Shown here in pieces: positions 22,555-32,331 of a stretch of DNA of 64,000 bases (its first letter is position 1; the number at the start of each line of letters is the position of its first letter). Origin of the DNA: an uncultured Actinomycetota bacterium (lineage in GTDB: Bacteria > Actinomycetota > Actinomycetes > DATJPE01); contig CAWFYM010000012.1 in NCBI GenBank assembly GCA_963820065.1, forward strand, positions 117,593 through 181,592. Reading direction: 5' to 3'. A program made the position numbers and the translations under genes. The notes below the pieces were generated by a model. It saw only the letters and a program-made list of their open reading frames with translations, did not search any database and was not told the DNA's origin.

Positions 22555-23417
22555 GCCGGCTCCGACGACGGCCCGCCGGCGGCCCGCCCCTCCGCGACCA
22601 TCCGCGCCGCCATCGCGGCCTGCTGCCCGACCGCGCGAGCCGGGTCCTCACGCGCGCGAAGGACGATCTCGATGGCTTCGTCGACGTCGTCGGTGAGGCT
22701 GATCAGCTCGAGGTCTGGGTCGGAGATCTTGCCCGTGCCGAGCACCGTCCCCCGCAACCAGTCGACGAGTCCGCCCCAGTGTTCTCGGCCCATCAGCACG
22801 ATGGGGAACGACGTCACCTTGCCGGTCTGCACCAAGGTCAACGCTTCGAACAGCTCGTCGAGCGTGCCGAAGCCACCGGGGAGAACGACGAAGCCCTGGG
22901 CGTACTTGACGAACATGGTCTTGCGGGCGAAGAAGTAGCGAAAGTTGATGCCGATGTCGACAAAGGGGTTGAGTCCCGACTCGAAGGGCAGCTCGATGCC
23001 CAGGCCCACAGACACTCCACCGGCTTCGCACGCCCCCTTGTTCGCGGCCTCCATGATGCCGGGACCACCGCCGGTGATCACCGAGAAGCCCGCCTCGACC
23101 AGCCCGCGGCCGAGGCGCTCGCCGGTGGCGTACTCGGGGGTGTCCCGCTTCACCCGCGCCGAGCCGAAGACGCTGACGGCCGGGCCGAGCTCGGCGAGCA
23201 TCCCGAAGCCCTCGACGAACTCGGACTGGATGCGCAGCACCCGCCATGGGTCCGTGTGAACCCAGTCGCCCGACCCGTGGGAGTCGAGCAGCCGCTCGTC
23301 GGTCGTGGTGTCCTGCACTTGCTTGCGGCGCAGGGTGACCGGTCCCCGGTGGCGTTCCTCGACGGGCACGGGACGGTCCGGCGACGCGCCGCTGCGCCGG
23401 GTGGAGGAGTCAGTCAC
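22551..23417 (-). CDS. LOG family (TIGR00730) protein, long type
   Basis: DPWRVLRIQSEFVEGF, SVFGSAR, TGGGPGIM, FFARKTMFVKY, PGGFGTLDE; TAGCGT-7nt-GTG 23417. Confidence 0.92.
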   Translation of the reverse strand: MTDSSTRRSGASPDRPVPVEERHRGPVTLRRKQVQDTTTDERLLDSHGSGDWVHTDPWRVLRIQSEFVEGFGMLAELGPAVSVFGSARVKRDTPEYATGERLGRGLVEAGFSVITGGGPGIMEAANKGACEAGGVSVGLGIELPFESGLNPFVDIGINFRYFFARKTMFVKYAQGFVVLPGGFGTLDELFEALTLVQTGKVTSFPIVLMGREHWGGLVDWLRGTVLGTGKISDPDLELISLTDDVDEAIEIVLRAREDPARAVGQQAAMAARMVAEGRAAGGPSSEPA

Positions 23418-23473
23418 AACCCTCACGCTAGCCGCAGAACCAACCCGAGCCGGGCATGCGCGCAGCCCACCGA

Positions 23474-23536
23474 TAGTTGAAAGTTGCACAACATCAGGGA
23501 ATGACTTACTCTCGGATTTAGTTGAGTCTTCAACCA
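23474..23536. promoter_or_regulatory. Putative MarR-type operator pair upstream of yceI-like gene
   Basis: GTTGA-GTCT-TCAAC (23521-23534) and degenerate GTTGA-AAGT-TGCAC (23476-23489) in an AT-rich intergenic region. Confidence 0.5.
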
Positions 23537-23555
23537 ACTACTTCAGGAGGACACC

Positions 23556-24110
23556 ATGACCGTCACCATCGAGCGTTCCGCCCTCACCGGCACCTGGGCC
23601 ATCGACCCGAGCCACACCCGCATCGGCTTCGCCGCCAAGCACGCGATGGTGGCCACCGTCCGTGGATCGTTCACGACCTTCGAGGGCACCCTGGTGCTCG
23701 ACGGCGACAACCCCGCCGCCAGCTCCGCGACGGTCTCGATCGACGCCGCCAGCATCAACAGCGGCAGCGACGACCGGGACAATCACGTCCGCAGTGCCGA
23801 CTTCCTCGACGTCGAGAACTTCCCCGCCCTCACCTTCACCAGCCGCGAGGTTCGCGTCGACGGCGGCGACTTCGTCCTCGTCGGCGACCTGACCATCAAG
23901 GACGTCACCCGTCCGGTCGAGATCGCCGTCGAGACCGAGGGCATCGTCAGCGACCCGTTCGGTAGCACCCGCGCGGGCTTCTCCGGGACGACGACCATCA
24001 GCCGCAAGGACTTCGGTCTGACCTGGAACGTCGCGCTCGAGGCCGGCGGTGTGCTGGTCAGCGACAAGGTCAAGATCACCCTGGACGTCAGCGCGGTCAA
24101 GCAGGCCTAA
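23556..24110 (+). CDS. YceI-family lipid/polyisoprenoid-binding protein
   Basis: GTWAIDPSHTRIGF..KHAMVATVRGSF, RDNHVRSADF, GDLTIKDVT, SRKDFGLTWN; AGGAGG SD. Confidence 0.93.
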   Translation: MTVTIERSALTGTWAIDPSHTRIGFAAKHAMVATVRGSFTTFEGTLVLDGDNPAASSATVSIDAASINSGSDDRDNHVRSADFLDVENFPALTFTSREVRVDGGDFVLVGDLTIKDVTRPVEIAVETEGIVSDPFGSTRAGFSGTTTISRKDFGLTWNVALEAGGVLVSDKVKITLDVSAVKQA

Positions 24111-24144
24111 GACAAGCAGGCCTGAGCCGAGAGCGGATGCGCGA

Positions 24145-25218
24145 CTAGCCGAGCGTGAGCCAGTCGCGCATCCGCGCCTCGCACTCGACCAGCTGCGCGG
24201 TCTCGACGTACTCCTCGCGGGTGTGCGCCAGGGACGGGTCACCCGGCCCGTAGTTGACAGCGGGCACTCCGAGCGCCGAGAACCTCGCGACGTCGGTCCA
24301 GCCGAACTTCGCGCGAGGCTCGCCCCCCACGGCGGCCACGAAAGCCTGAGCCGCGGGGTGGGCGAGCCCTGGGACGGCCCCGCCCGCCACGTCGGTGATC
24401 TCGACCTCGAAGCCCTCGAACACCTCACGGACATGCGCCTCGGCGTCAGCCGCCGACCGATCCGGGGCGAAGCGGTAGTTGACGGTCACCGTGCACGCAT
24501 CGGGGACCACGTTGCCGGCCACGCCCCCGGAGACGTACACGGCGTTCAGGCCCTCGTGGTAGCGCATCCCGTCCACGTCCGGCTCGCGCGGGACGTACGC
24601 GCGCAGCCGGTCGAGCACCTCGCCCGCAGCATGGATCGCGTTGACCCCGAGCCACGAGCGGGCGCTGTGGGCTCGCCGTCCGACGGTGCGGATCTCCGCG
24701 CGCAAGGTCCCCTGGCAGCCCGCCTCGACACCGGCGCCCGACGGCTCCATGAGCACGGCGAAGTCACCGACGATCAGATCGGGACGCTGCTCGGCCAACA
24801 GGCGCAGGCCGTTGTATCGGTCCTCGATCTCCTCCGCCTCGTAGAAGAAGTAGGTCACATCGCGCACCGGCTCCGGCACGGTCGCCGCCAGCCGGAGGGC
24901 GACGGCGACGCCGCCCTTCATGTCGCAGGACCCGAGGCCGACGAGTCGACCATCGACCAGCTCCGCCGGGAGGTTGTCCGCGGCCGGCACGGTGTCGAGG
25001 TGGCCGCCCAGGACCACCCGCTCGCCCCGGCCCAGCGACGTACGCGCGACGATCGTGTGCCCCACCCGCTCGACGGACAGGTGGCCGAGCCGCCGAAGGG
25101 CGGTCTCGACGGCGTCGGCGATGGCCTTCTCGTGCCGGCTCTCGGAGGGAATGTTCACCAGGGCCGTGGTAAGAGTCACCACGTCGGCAGCGAGATCGAG
25201 CGGGTCAGGGGTGGTCAC
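24145..25218 (-). CDS. dapE: Succinyl-diaminopimelate desuccinylase
   Basis: [48 protein letters not shown]. Confidence 0.95.
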   Translation of the reverse strand: MTTPDPLDLAADVVTLTTALVNIPSESRHEKAIADAVETALRRLGHLSVERVGHTIVARTSLGRGERVVLGGHLDTVPAADNLPAELVDGRLVGLGSCDMKGGVAVALRLAATVPEPVRDVTYFFYEAEEIEDRYNGLRLLAEQRPDLIVGDFAVLMEPSGAGVEAGCQGTLRAEIRTVGRRAHSARSWLGVNAIHAAGEVLDRLRAYVPREPDVDGMRYHEGLNAVYVSGGVAGNVVPDACTVTVNYRFAPDRSAADAEAHVREVFEGFEVEITDVAGGAVPGLAHPAAQAFVAAVGGEPRAKFGWTDVARFSALGVPAVNYGPGDPSLAHTREEYVETAQLVECEARMRDWLTLG

Positions 25219-25235
25219 GTAGGTACGTTAGTGGG

Positions 25236-26165
25236 GTGACGTTCTCCACCTCCGCCGCCTCCGGGCACGGCCTCGCCACCTTCGCTGACGAGGGCGCCCT
25301 GCTCGACGCGTGGTATCCCGCTCCGGGGCTCGGCGCAGACGCTGCCGACCTGCCGGACCTCGACTCCCTCGTGACCTCCGACAGCGCCCGCGGCACCCGG
25401 ACCCAGCGGGTGCACACCGTGATCGATGACCTGTCGACCCCCCCGAGCGACGGCGCCGACGCCTACCTGCGGCTGCACCTGCTCTCCCACCGGCTGGTCC
25501 GCCCCCACGAGGCCAACCTCGACGGAGTGTTCGGCCTGCTCACCAACGTGGTCTGGACCTCCGCCGGTCCTTGCTCGGTCGAGGGCTTCGAGGCCGTACG
25601 GCTCCGCCTGCGGGCACGCGGCCACGTGACGGTGCACGGGGTGGACAAGTTCCCCCGGATGGTCGACTACGTGCTGCCGACCGGCGTCCGGATCGCCGAT
25701 GCCGACCGGGTCCGGCTCGGGGCGCACCTCGCTCCTGGCACCACGGTCATGCACGAGGGGTTCGTCAACTACAACGCCGGCACCCTCGGCGCGTCCATGG
25801 TGGAGGGGCGGATCTCGGCCGGCGTGGTCGTCGGTGACGGCTCCGACGTCGGCGGCGGCTCCTCGATCATGGGAACCCTCTCGGGCGGCGGAACGCACGT
25901 CATCAGCGTCGGCGCGCGCAGCCTGATCGGTGCCAACGCCGGCATCGGGATCTCGCTGGGCGACGACTGCGTGGTGGAGGCCGGCTGCTACGTCACGGCC
26001 GGGTCCAAGGTGACCCTGCCGGACGGGTCGGTCGTGAAGGCGGCGGAGCTGTCCGGTCAGGACGGCATCCTCTTCCGCCGCCACTCCGTCACCGGTGCGC
26101 TCGAGGCCGTCCCCCACGGCCGCTCCTGGGGCACCCTCAACGCCGCCCTGCACTCCAACGCCTGA
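25236..26165 (+). CDS. dapD: Tetrahydrodipicolinate N-succinyltransferase
   Basis: [55 protein letters not shown]. Confidence 0.96.
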   Translation: MTFSTSAASGHGLATFADEGALLDAWYPAPGLGADAADLPDLDSLVTSDSARGTRTQRVHTVIDDLSTPPSDGADAYLRLHLLSHRLVRPHEANLDGVFGLLTNVVWTSAGPCSVEGFEAVRLRLRARGHVTVHGVDKFPRMVDYVLPTGVRIADADRVRLGAHLAPGTTVMHEGFVNYNAGTLGASMVEGRISAGVVVGDGSDVGGGSSIMGTLSGGGTHVISVGARSLIGANAGIGISLGDDCVVEAGCYVTAGSKVTLPDGSVVKAAELSGQDGILFRRHSVTGALEAVPHGRSWGTLNAALHSNA

Positions 26166-26173
26166 CTCTCACC

Positions 26174-27226
26174 ATGGGGAACTTCGCCGGTGCGCTCGCA
26201 CCACCTGAGGGGCCCGTGACAGGGGACCGTCCGCCGGGAAAGCCGCGGCGGCCAACTTGGGTTTCCGTCGTGACAGCGCTCCTGGTCATCGCCCTGGTCG
26301 TGGCGACGGTCGGATGGCTCGTACGGTCCGGGCCGCTGGGCCAGCTGCTCTCGCCCACCGGCTGCACGGCGACGGCGGCGGGTCAAACCGTCAACGTCTC
26401 CGCGGAACAGGCCACGAACGCCGCGACGATCGCCGCGGTCGCCGCCACCCGTGGCCTTCCGGCCCGGGCGATCACCATCGCGCTGGCGACCGCCTACCAG
26501 GAGTCCGACCTACGCAACCTCCCCGGCGGCGACCGCGACTCAGCCGGGCTGTTCCAGCAACGCCCGTCCCAGGGATGGGGTTCCTACGACCAGGTGACCG
26601 ACCCCACCTACGCCGCCGGCCGCTTCTACGACGAGCTGGTCACCGTCGACGGCTACCGCACCATGGCCGTCACCGACGCGGCTCAGACGGTGCAGCGCAG
26701 CGGCTTCCCCACCGCCTACGCCGACCACGAGAGCGACGCCCGGGTCCTCGCCTCGGCCCTGTCGGGCAGCTCGCCGGCCGCCTTCACCTGCACCATCCGG
26801 CCCGACTCGGTGGCCGCCGAGACCGAGAAGGCGTCCGGCCTGACGCCGCGCGCGGCGGGCGTACGCCGGGCGATGGAGTCGGCGTTCGGCGCGCAATCGC
26901 TCGGCGGGTTCGCGCCCGGAGGAGTCAGCAGCGGGCACATCGAGGGCTCGGCGCACTATGACGGCCGGGCTATCGACGTGTTCTTCCGCCCCTACGACGA
27001 CCCGGCCAAGACCCGCCAGGGCTGGGCGCTGGCGCACTGGCTCGTGGCCAACGCCGACCGGCTCGCGATCGCCACGGTCATCTACGACGACCGGATCTGG
27101 ACCGCGGCTCGTTCGGGGCAGGGCTGGCGGACGTTCGTTCCCGCCGACCAGAGCACGAACGAGGAGACTGCGGCCATCCAGCGCCACCTTGACCACATCC
27201 ACGTCGACGTCCAGTCCGGCGCTTGA
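26174..27226 (+). CDS. Membrane-anchored putative peptidoglycan hydrolase (lysozyme-like plus LAS/M15-like metallopeptidase motifs)
   Basis: TM; ALATAYQES..GDRDSAGLFQQRPSQGWG; HYDGRAID (Hx6D) and HLDHIHV (HxH). Confidence 0.6.
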   Translation: MGNFAGALAPPEGPVTGDRPPGKPRRPTWVSVVTALLVIALVVATVGWLVRSGPLGQLLSPTGCTATAAGQTVNVSAEQATNAATIAAVAATRGLPARAITIALATAYQESDLRNLPGGDRDSAGLFQQRPSQGWGSYDQVTDPTYAAGRFYDELVTVDGYRTMAVTDAAQTVQRSGFPTAYADHESDARVLASALSGSSPAAFTCTIRPDSVAAETEKASGLTPRAAGVRRAMESAFGAQSLGGFAPGGVSSGHIEGSAHYDGRAIDVFFRPYDDPAKTRQGWALAHWLVANADRLAIATVIYDDRIWTAARSGQGWRTFVPADQSTNEETAAIQRHLDHIHVDVQSGA

Positions 27227-27258
27227 CCCGTGCTCGCGAGGCCCGCCAAGGAGCAGTC

Positions 27259-28083
27259 ATGAACGCGAACGACAAGCACGCACAGGTCGCCGCGCTGTTC
27301 GACCAGCTGGCCGACAGCTATGACCAGGTCGGAGTGGACTACTTCCAACCGATCGCCGAGGGGCTCGTCGGCTGCCTCAAGCCGCAGACCGGGGAACGGG
27401 TCCTCGACATCGGCTGCGGCCGGGGGGCGGCGCTGCTGCGGCTCGCCGCGGCGGTCGGGCCGTCGGGGACGGTGACCGGCCTCGACCTCTCACCAGCGAT
27501 GGTGGCGGCGGCCGACGCGACGCTGACCGCTGAGGGTTTCTCCGGGGAGGTCTTCGTGGCTGACGCTGCCGATCCTCCGCTCCCGCCCGAGTCCTTCGAC
27601 GTCGTGGCGTCCTCGCTCGTCTTGTTCTTCCTGGCCGACCCCGGCGCAGCCGTGCGCGCCTGGCGCGCGCTGTTGAGTCCCGGAGGTCGGCTCGGGATCT
27701 CCACGTTCGGACCCCTCCCGGAGAGCTGGCGGGCCGTGGACGCGGTGTTCGACCCGTATCTCCCACCTCAGATGCTGGACGCCCGGACCTCCGGAGTCAC
27801 CGGGCCCTTCGCCAGCGATGCCGGCATGGAGGCACTCGTGACGGACGCAGGGTTCACGCAGGTGAGCACACACGCGATCACGGTGCCCGTGCGGTTCTCC
27901 GGCGGGGACCAGTGGTACGAGTGGACCCGATCGACGGGGCAGCGCAAGATGTGGGAGTTCGTCCCCGAGGTCGAGCTCGCCGACGTCCGCGCCCGGGCCG
28001 TCGCGCTGCTCGAGGCGACCAGGGACGCCGACGGCCGGATCGGCTTCGACCAGCCGGTCCGCTACACCCTCGCAACGGGGTAA
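27259..28083 (+). CDS. Class I SAM-dependent methyltransferase
   Basis: VLDIGCGRG, GLDLSPAM, FDVVASS, LSPGGRL; AAGGAG SD. Confidence 0.88.
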   Translation: MNANDKHAQVAALFDQLADSYDQVGVDYFQPIAEGLVGCLKPQTGERVLDIGCGRGAALLRLAAAVGPSGTVTGLDLSPAMVAAADATLTAEGFSGEVFVADAADPPLPPESFDVVASSLVLFFLADPGAAVRAWRALLSPGGRLGISTFGPLPESWRAVDAVFDPYLPPQMLDARTSGVTGPFASDAGMEALVTDAGFTQVSTHAITVPVRFSGGDQWYEWTRSTGQRKMWEFVPEVELADVRARAVALLEATRDADGRIGFDQPVRYTLATG

Positions 28084-28121
28084 CTTACGGTCGCTCCAGC
28101 AACAGTGAATTACCCCATTGC
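28072..28121. repeat. 50-bp palindromic element, copy 1 (REP/MITE-like)
   Basis: GCAACGGGGTAA...TTACCCCATTGC; 43/50 identical to 50660-50709 by eye. Confidence 0.8.
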
Positions 28122-29207
28122 GGAGAGGCGTCCACAGGCGGCGGTGATGCGTTCGTCGGTAGCGGTGAGGGCGATGCGTACGTGCTTCGCGCCAGCGACC
28201 CCGTAGAAGTCCCCGGGCGCCACCAGGATGCCGAGGTCGGCGAGCCGGGCCAGCGTGTCCCGGCATGGCTCGCCTCGGGTGGCCCAGAGGTAGAGCCCCG
28301 CCTCGGAGTGGGCGATGCGGAAGCCGGCTCCCTCGAACGCCTCTCGGAGCAGCACTCGGCGGCGTGCGTAGACCTCGCGCTGCGCTTCCAGGTGAGCGTC
28401 GTCGTCGAGCGCCGCAGCGGCGGCCGCCTGCACGGGCGCAGGCACCATCATCCCGAGGTGCTTGCGCACGGCCAGGAGCTCACCGACCAGCCCGGGGTCG
28501 CCGGCGACGAAGCCGGCTCGGTAGCCGGCGAGGTTGGACCGTTTGGACAGCGAGTGGACCGCGAGCAGACCCTCGCTCGACCCGCCGCACACCGAGGGGT
28601 GCAGCACTGACACCGGCACCGCGTCCCACCCGAGCTCGGCGTAGCACTCGTCGGAGGCGACCACGGCGCCTCGTTCTCGCGCCCAGCTGACCACCTTCGC
28701 GAGATGGTCGGCCGGCAGGACACGACCGGTGGGGTTGGACGGAGAGTTGATCCAGACCAGCGCCACGCGTTCGGGCCCGAGGGCCGTCAAGGAGTCGCTC
28801 GCGACCACCCGGGCGCCGACGAGCGCTGCGCCGACGGCGTAGGTCGGATAGGCAAGCTCGGGCACCACCACGACGGACGACGCGTTGAGCCCGAGCAGCG
28901 TCGGCAACCACGCCACCAGCTCCTTGCTGCCGATGGTGGGGAGGATCTGTGACTCGGGATCGATGGCGGTGACGCCCAGACGACGCGACAGCCAACCGGC
29001 GGCCGCCGCGCGCAGCGCCGGGGTCCCCGCCGTCGCCGGATAGCCCGGACTGTCGGCGGCCGCCGACAGCGCCGCCTGCACGAGGTGCGGGACGGGATCG
29101 ACGGGCGTCCCCACGGACAGGTCGACGACGCCGTCCGGGTGCGCGCGAGCGCGTACGGCCTCGGCGGCGATCGTGTCCCAGGGGAAGTCAGGCAGCCGTG
29201 CCGACAA
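28110..29207 (-). CDS. dapC: Succinyl-diaminopimelate transaminase
   Basis: LPDFPWD, DLSVGTPVDP, NSPSNPTG, SDECY, SLSKRSNLAGYRAGF; directly after fdxA; start codon uncertain. Confidence 0.93.
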   Translation of the reverse strand: MSARLPDFPWDTIAAEAVRARAHPDGVVDLSVGTPVDPVPHLVQAALSAAADSPGYPATAGTPALRAAAAGWLSRRLGVTAIDPESQILPTIGSKELVAWLPTLLGLNASSVVVVPELAYPTYAVGAALVGARVVASDSLTALGPERVALVWINSPSNPTGRVLPADHLAKVVSWARERGAVVASDECYAELGWDAVPVSVLHPSVCGGSSEGLLAVHSLSKRSNLAGYRAGFVAGDPGLVGELLAVRKHLGMMVPAPVQAAAAAALDDDAHLEAQREVYARRRVLLREAFEGAGFRIAHSEAGLYLWATRGEPCRDTLARLADLGILVAPGDFYGVAGAKHVRIALTATDERITAACGRLSAMG

Positions 29208-29248
29208 GGCACCGCCCTGGTGGGCGGCGCCGGGATCGCCCAGCGCGG

Positions 29249-29575
29249 TCAGTGCTCCTGAGCCTGAGGCGGCAGAGCCGAGACGAGCGGGTGGTCCTTC
29301 TCGATCTTGCCCAGCTTCGCTGCTCCACCGGGAGAACCCAGGTCGTCGAAGAACTCCACGTTGGCCTTGTAGAAGTCCTTCCACTGATCGGGGACGTCGT
29401 CCTCGTAGAAGATCGCCTCGACCGGGCACACCGGCTCGCAGGCTCCGCAGTCGACGCACTCGTCGGGGTGGATGTAGAGCATCCGCTCGCCCTCGTAGAT
29501 GCAGTCCACGGGGCATTCCTCGATGCACGCCTTGTCGAGCAGGTCGACGCAAGGCTGCGCGATGACGTAGGTCAC
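29249..29575 (-). CDS. fdxA: 7Fe ferredoxin
   Basis: [27 protein letters not shown]...[14 protein letters not shown]. Confidence 0.96.
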   Translation of the reverse strand: MTYVIAQPCVDLLDKACIEECPVDCIYEGERMLYIHPDECVDCGACEPVCPVEAIFYEDDVPDQWKDFYKANVEFFDDLGSPGGAAKLGKIEKDHPLVSALPPQAQEH

Positions 29576-29687
29576 GGATCCCTCCTCATGCGGTCGACCC
29601 GCGCCGTTCGCGAGCCGCCGTACCGGCGCCGCCTAGTATCGCGGCCGTCAGCCCCGCTGTCGCGACCGGGGTCCCGGAGGGAGGAAC

Positions 29688-30716
29688 GTGTCGCAAGAGC
29701 CTTCGCTCGGACCGGACGACATCGGTCGTCGGATCAGCCTTCGTCAGCGCGTCGGCACCCGGGACGGACGGCCGCTGCGCACCGACGTCATCGGTGTCGT
29801 CGAGGCCGTCGATGACGACGTGGTGCTCGTGCGCCGCCGCGGGGGCTCGATCGCGTCGATCCCCGTCGACACGATCACGGCCGTACGGCGCGTCAGCGAT
29901 CAAGGCGCACGCCGTCCGCGACGCGCGCAGTCGTGGAGTGACGTGGCCCTGGAGCAGGTGGCGTGGGCGGGTTGGCCGGGGCTGGAGCAGGAGCACCTGG
30001 GGGCGTGGGTACTGAGAGCGGCCAAGGGCTTCACCGGTCGCGCGAATTCCGCGCTCCCGCTGGGCGACCCCGGCATCGAGGTCGAGCATGCGCTCGAGCA
30101 GGTCGCGGCGTTCTACCGTCATCGAGGACAGCCGACCATCTTCCAGCTCCCGATGCCGCTGGCCGCCCCCCTGGACGACCTGCTGGCCGAGCGAGGGTGG
30201 CGCCGCCACAATCCGGTCGCGGTGATGGTGGCCGACCTGGAGGCCGTCCTCACCGCCACCCCGCGCGCCGACGCGTTGCCGCCACTCACGATGACGGAGA
30301 CACCGGACGAGCTCTGGCTCGCCGCCTACCACTACCGCGGCGGCACGCTGCCCGCTCATGCGGTCGAGGTCCTCGAAGCCGGGACGTCGCCCGTGTTCGC
30401 CTCGGTGCGAGACGACGACGGCGCCATCCTGGCGATCGCCCGCGGCGCGGTCAGCGACGGGTGGATCGGCGTGACGGCGGTCGAGGTCGCGGAGGGGCAG
30501 CGCCGTCGAGGGCTCGGCACCCACGTGATGCGCGAGCTGCTGGCGTGGGCGGGCCGTGAGGGCAACCGGCACGCCTACCTCCAGGTGGCGCGGGAGAACG
30601 AGGCGGCCCTCGCGCTCTACTCACGGATGGGCTTCGACGAGCACCACGACTATCACTACCGGCTCGAACCGACGCCGGAAGCTGCGACCGGCCCGCCGGC
30701 CGAGGACCTGCTGTGA
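29688..30716 (+). CDS. GNAT acetyltransferase with N-terminal SH3-like domain
   Basis: GAWVLRAAKGFTGRANSALPLG, RRRGLG, AYLQV..EN..ALALY..MGF. Confidence 0.85.
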   Translation: MSQEPSLGPDDIGRRISLRQRVGTRDGRPLRTDVIGVVEAVDDDVVLVRRRGGSIASIPVDTITAVRRVSDQGARRPRRAQSWSDVALEQVAWAGWPGLEQEHLGAWVLRAAKGFTGRANSALPLGDPGIEVEHALEQVAAFYRHRGQPTIFQLPMPLAAPLDDLLAERGWRRHNPVAVMVADLEAVLTATPRADALPPLTMTETPDELWLAAYHYRGGTLPAHAVEVLEAGTSPVFASVRDDDGAILAIARGAVSDGWIGVTAVEVAEGQRRRGLGTHVMRELLAWAGREGNRHAYLQVARENEAALALYSRMGFDEHHDYHYRLEPTPEAATGPPAEDLL

Positions 30717-31456
30717 CCGCCGAGTCCCGAGCGCGCTTCGCGTCCGTGGTGGCCGACGAGCACGTCGACCTCGGCCTGGCGTGCTCGCTCATCGCGGTCG
30801 AGGCCGACCCTTCGCTCGACCCGGACGGCTGCGCGCCGATCCTCGACGACCTCGCCGCCCGGCTTCCCGGCACGGGGACCGACCACGACCGGCTGCGGGC
30901 CGTGCTGGGCGACTTCCGGGGTACACCCCAGGAGGCCGGCGACCTACGCGCCTCGCTGCTCCCGGAGGTGCTCCGGCGGCGCAGCGGCCTGCCCATCCTG
31001 TTGTCGGTGGTGTGGCTCGAGGTGGCCCGCCGCGGTGGCCTCGAGGCCTTTGGTACGTCGCTGCCCGGCCACTACCTGGTCGGGCTCGGCGACCCGGACG
31101 GCGACTTCCTGCTGGTCGACCCGTTCAGCGGCGGGCGTCCGGTGCCCGCCGAGGTTCCTCCGGCCCGGTGGACGGCCGTGCCGACCGTGCTCCGCGTCCT
31201 TACCAACATCCGCGTCTGGGCCGGACGCCCGGAGCGGATCCGCACCGCGTTGTGGGCCACGGAGCTCTCCCTCCTGCTGCCGGGGCATCCCGCCGAGCTG
31301 CGCGCCGAGCGAGGGCGGCTGCGAGCGCGCCTGGGCGACTACGTCGGCGGCGCCGTCGACCTGGAGCACTACGCCGAGGTCATCGACCTGCTGGACCCCG
31401 AGCGGGCCACCAGGCTGCGGCACGAGGCACGACTGGCGAGGGCCCGGCTGAACTAG
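30713..31456 (+). CDS. SirB1/transglutaminase-like protein with C-terminal TPR
   Basis: SLLPEVLRRRSGLPILLSVVW, LPGHYLV, VDPFSGG, RVLTNIR. Confidence 0.85.
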   Translation: MTAESRARFASVVADEHVDLGLACSLIAVEADPSLDPDGCAPILDDLAARLPGTGTDHDRLRAVLGDFRGTPQEAGDLRASLLPEVLRRRSGLPILLSVVWLEVARRGGLEAFGTSLPGHYLVGLGDPDGDFLLVDPFSGGRPVPAEVPPARWTAVPTVLRVLTNIRVWAGRPERIRTALWATELSLLLPGHPAELRAERGRLRARLGDYVGGAVDLEHYAEVIDLLDPERATRLRHEARLARARLN

Positions 31457-31558
31457 GGCCGGCGCTGTGAGCCAGGGAACCAGAGAGCCAGGTAGTCAGG
31501 TATCCATATAGCAAGACATTCTGTCTCACTTTACGGACCACCGGCTAGCCTGGCCGCC

Positions 31559-32320
31559 ATGACTTGGGACGCCCAGACCTACGACGAGACCTTTGGCTTC
31601 GTGACCGAGCACGGCTCCGTGGTGCTCGACCTGGCCAAGCCGGAGCCCGGCGAACGGATCCTCGACCTCGGCTGCGGCACGGGGCACCAGACGGCCCAGC
31701 TCAGCGCCCTTGGGGTAGCCGCCGTGGGGGTCGACGTGGACGCAGCCATGATCGCTCGAGCACGCGAAGCCCATCCGGACACGCCGTTCCTGATCGGCGA
31801 CGCGGCCAGCCTGCGACCCGAGGGGGTCTTGGGCGACCCCTTCGATGCCGTCGTGTCCAACGCGGCCCTGCACTGGATGCCCGACCAGTCCGCCGTCCTG
31901 GCGGCCGCACGGGCGCTGCTCCGGCCGGGTGGGCGCTTCGTTGCCGAGCAGGGCGGTGTCGGCAACGTCGCCCGGATCTGGTCGTCGATCACCGCCGCCC
32001 ATCGCGAGGTGGGGCTGCCCTCCCCCGTCTCTCCGTGGTGCTTTCCCACGCCCGGCGAGCAGGCCGCCCGCCTGGAGGCGGCGGGGTTCCGCGTCCGGTT
32101 CGTCGCCTTGGTGGACCGGCCGACCACCTTGCCCGACGGGAGTAGTGCGGCCACCTGGACGACGATGTTCGGCCATGAACTGATCGGTGGGCTGGACGCG
32201 TCGACCCGGGCGACGCTGCTCGAGCGCATCGACGTCCACGCTGCCGCAGCGGGCCTGCACACACCGGACGGGTGGGTCCTCGACTACGTACGGCTCCGCT
32301 TCGTGGCGGAAGCCCTCTGA
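31559..32320 (+). CDS. Class I SAM-dependent methyltransferase (Tam-like)
   Basis: WDAQTY, ILDLGCGTG, FDAVVSNAALHW, DYVRLRF. Confidence 0.88.
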   Translation: MTWDAQTYDETFGFVTEHGSVVLDLAKPEPGERILDLGCGTGHQTAQLSALGVAAVGVDVDAAMIARAREAHPDTPFLIGDAASLRPEGVLGDPFDAVVSNAALHWMPDQSAVLAAARALLRPGGRFVAEQGGVGNVARIWSSITAAHREVGLPSPVSPWCFPTPGEQAARLEAAGFRVRFVALVDRPTTLPDGSSAATWTTMFGHELIGGLDASTRATLLERIDVHAAAAGLHTPDGWVLDYVRLRFVAEAL

Positions 32321-32331
32321 GCCCCCGGGCC

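Noticed and set aside
21922-23417. Tandem LOG genes as a recent duplication or cytokinin system
   Set aside because: They are divergent short and long LOG types commonly found near dapE; no DNA-level repeat and no isopentenyltransferase nearby.
29208-29552. N-terminal extension of DapC (480-aa ORF)
   Set aside because: Overlaps fdxA in another frame; DapC similarity starts at LPDFPWD.
31514-31526. AGACA-TTC-TGTCT palindrome in an AT-rich intergenic patch
   Set aside because: Five-bp arms, single copy, no adjacent regulator; too weak to call.
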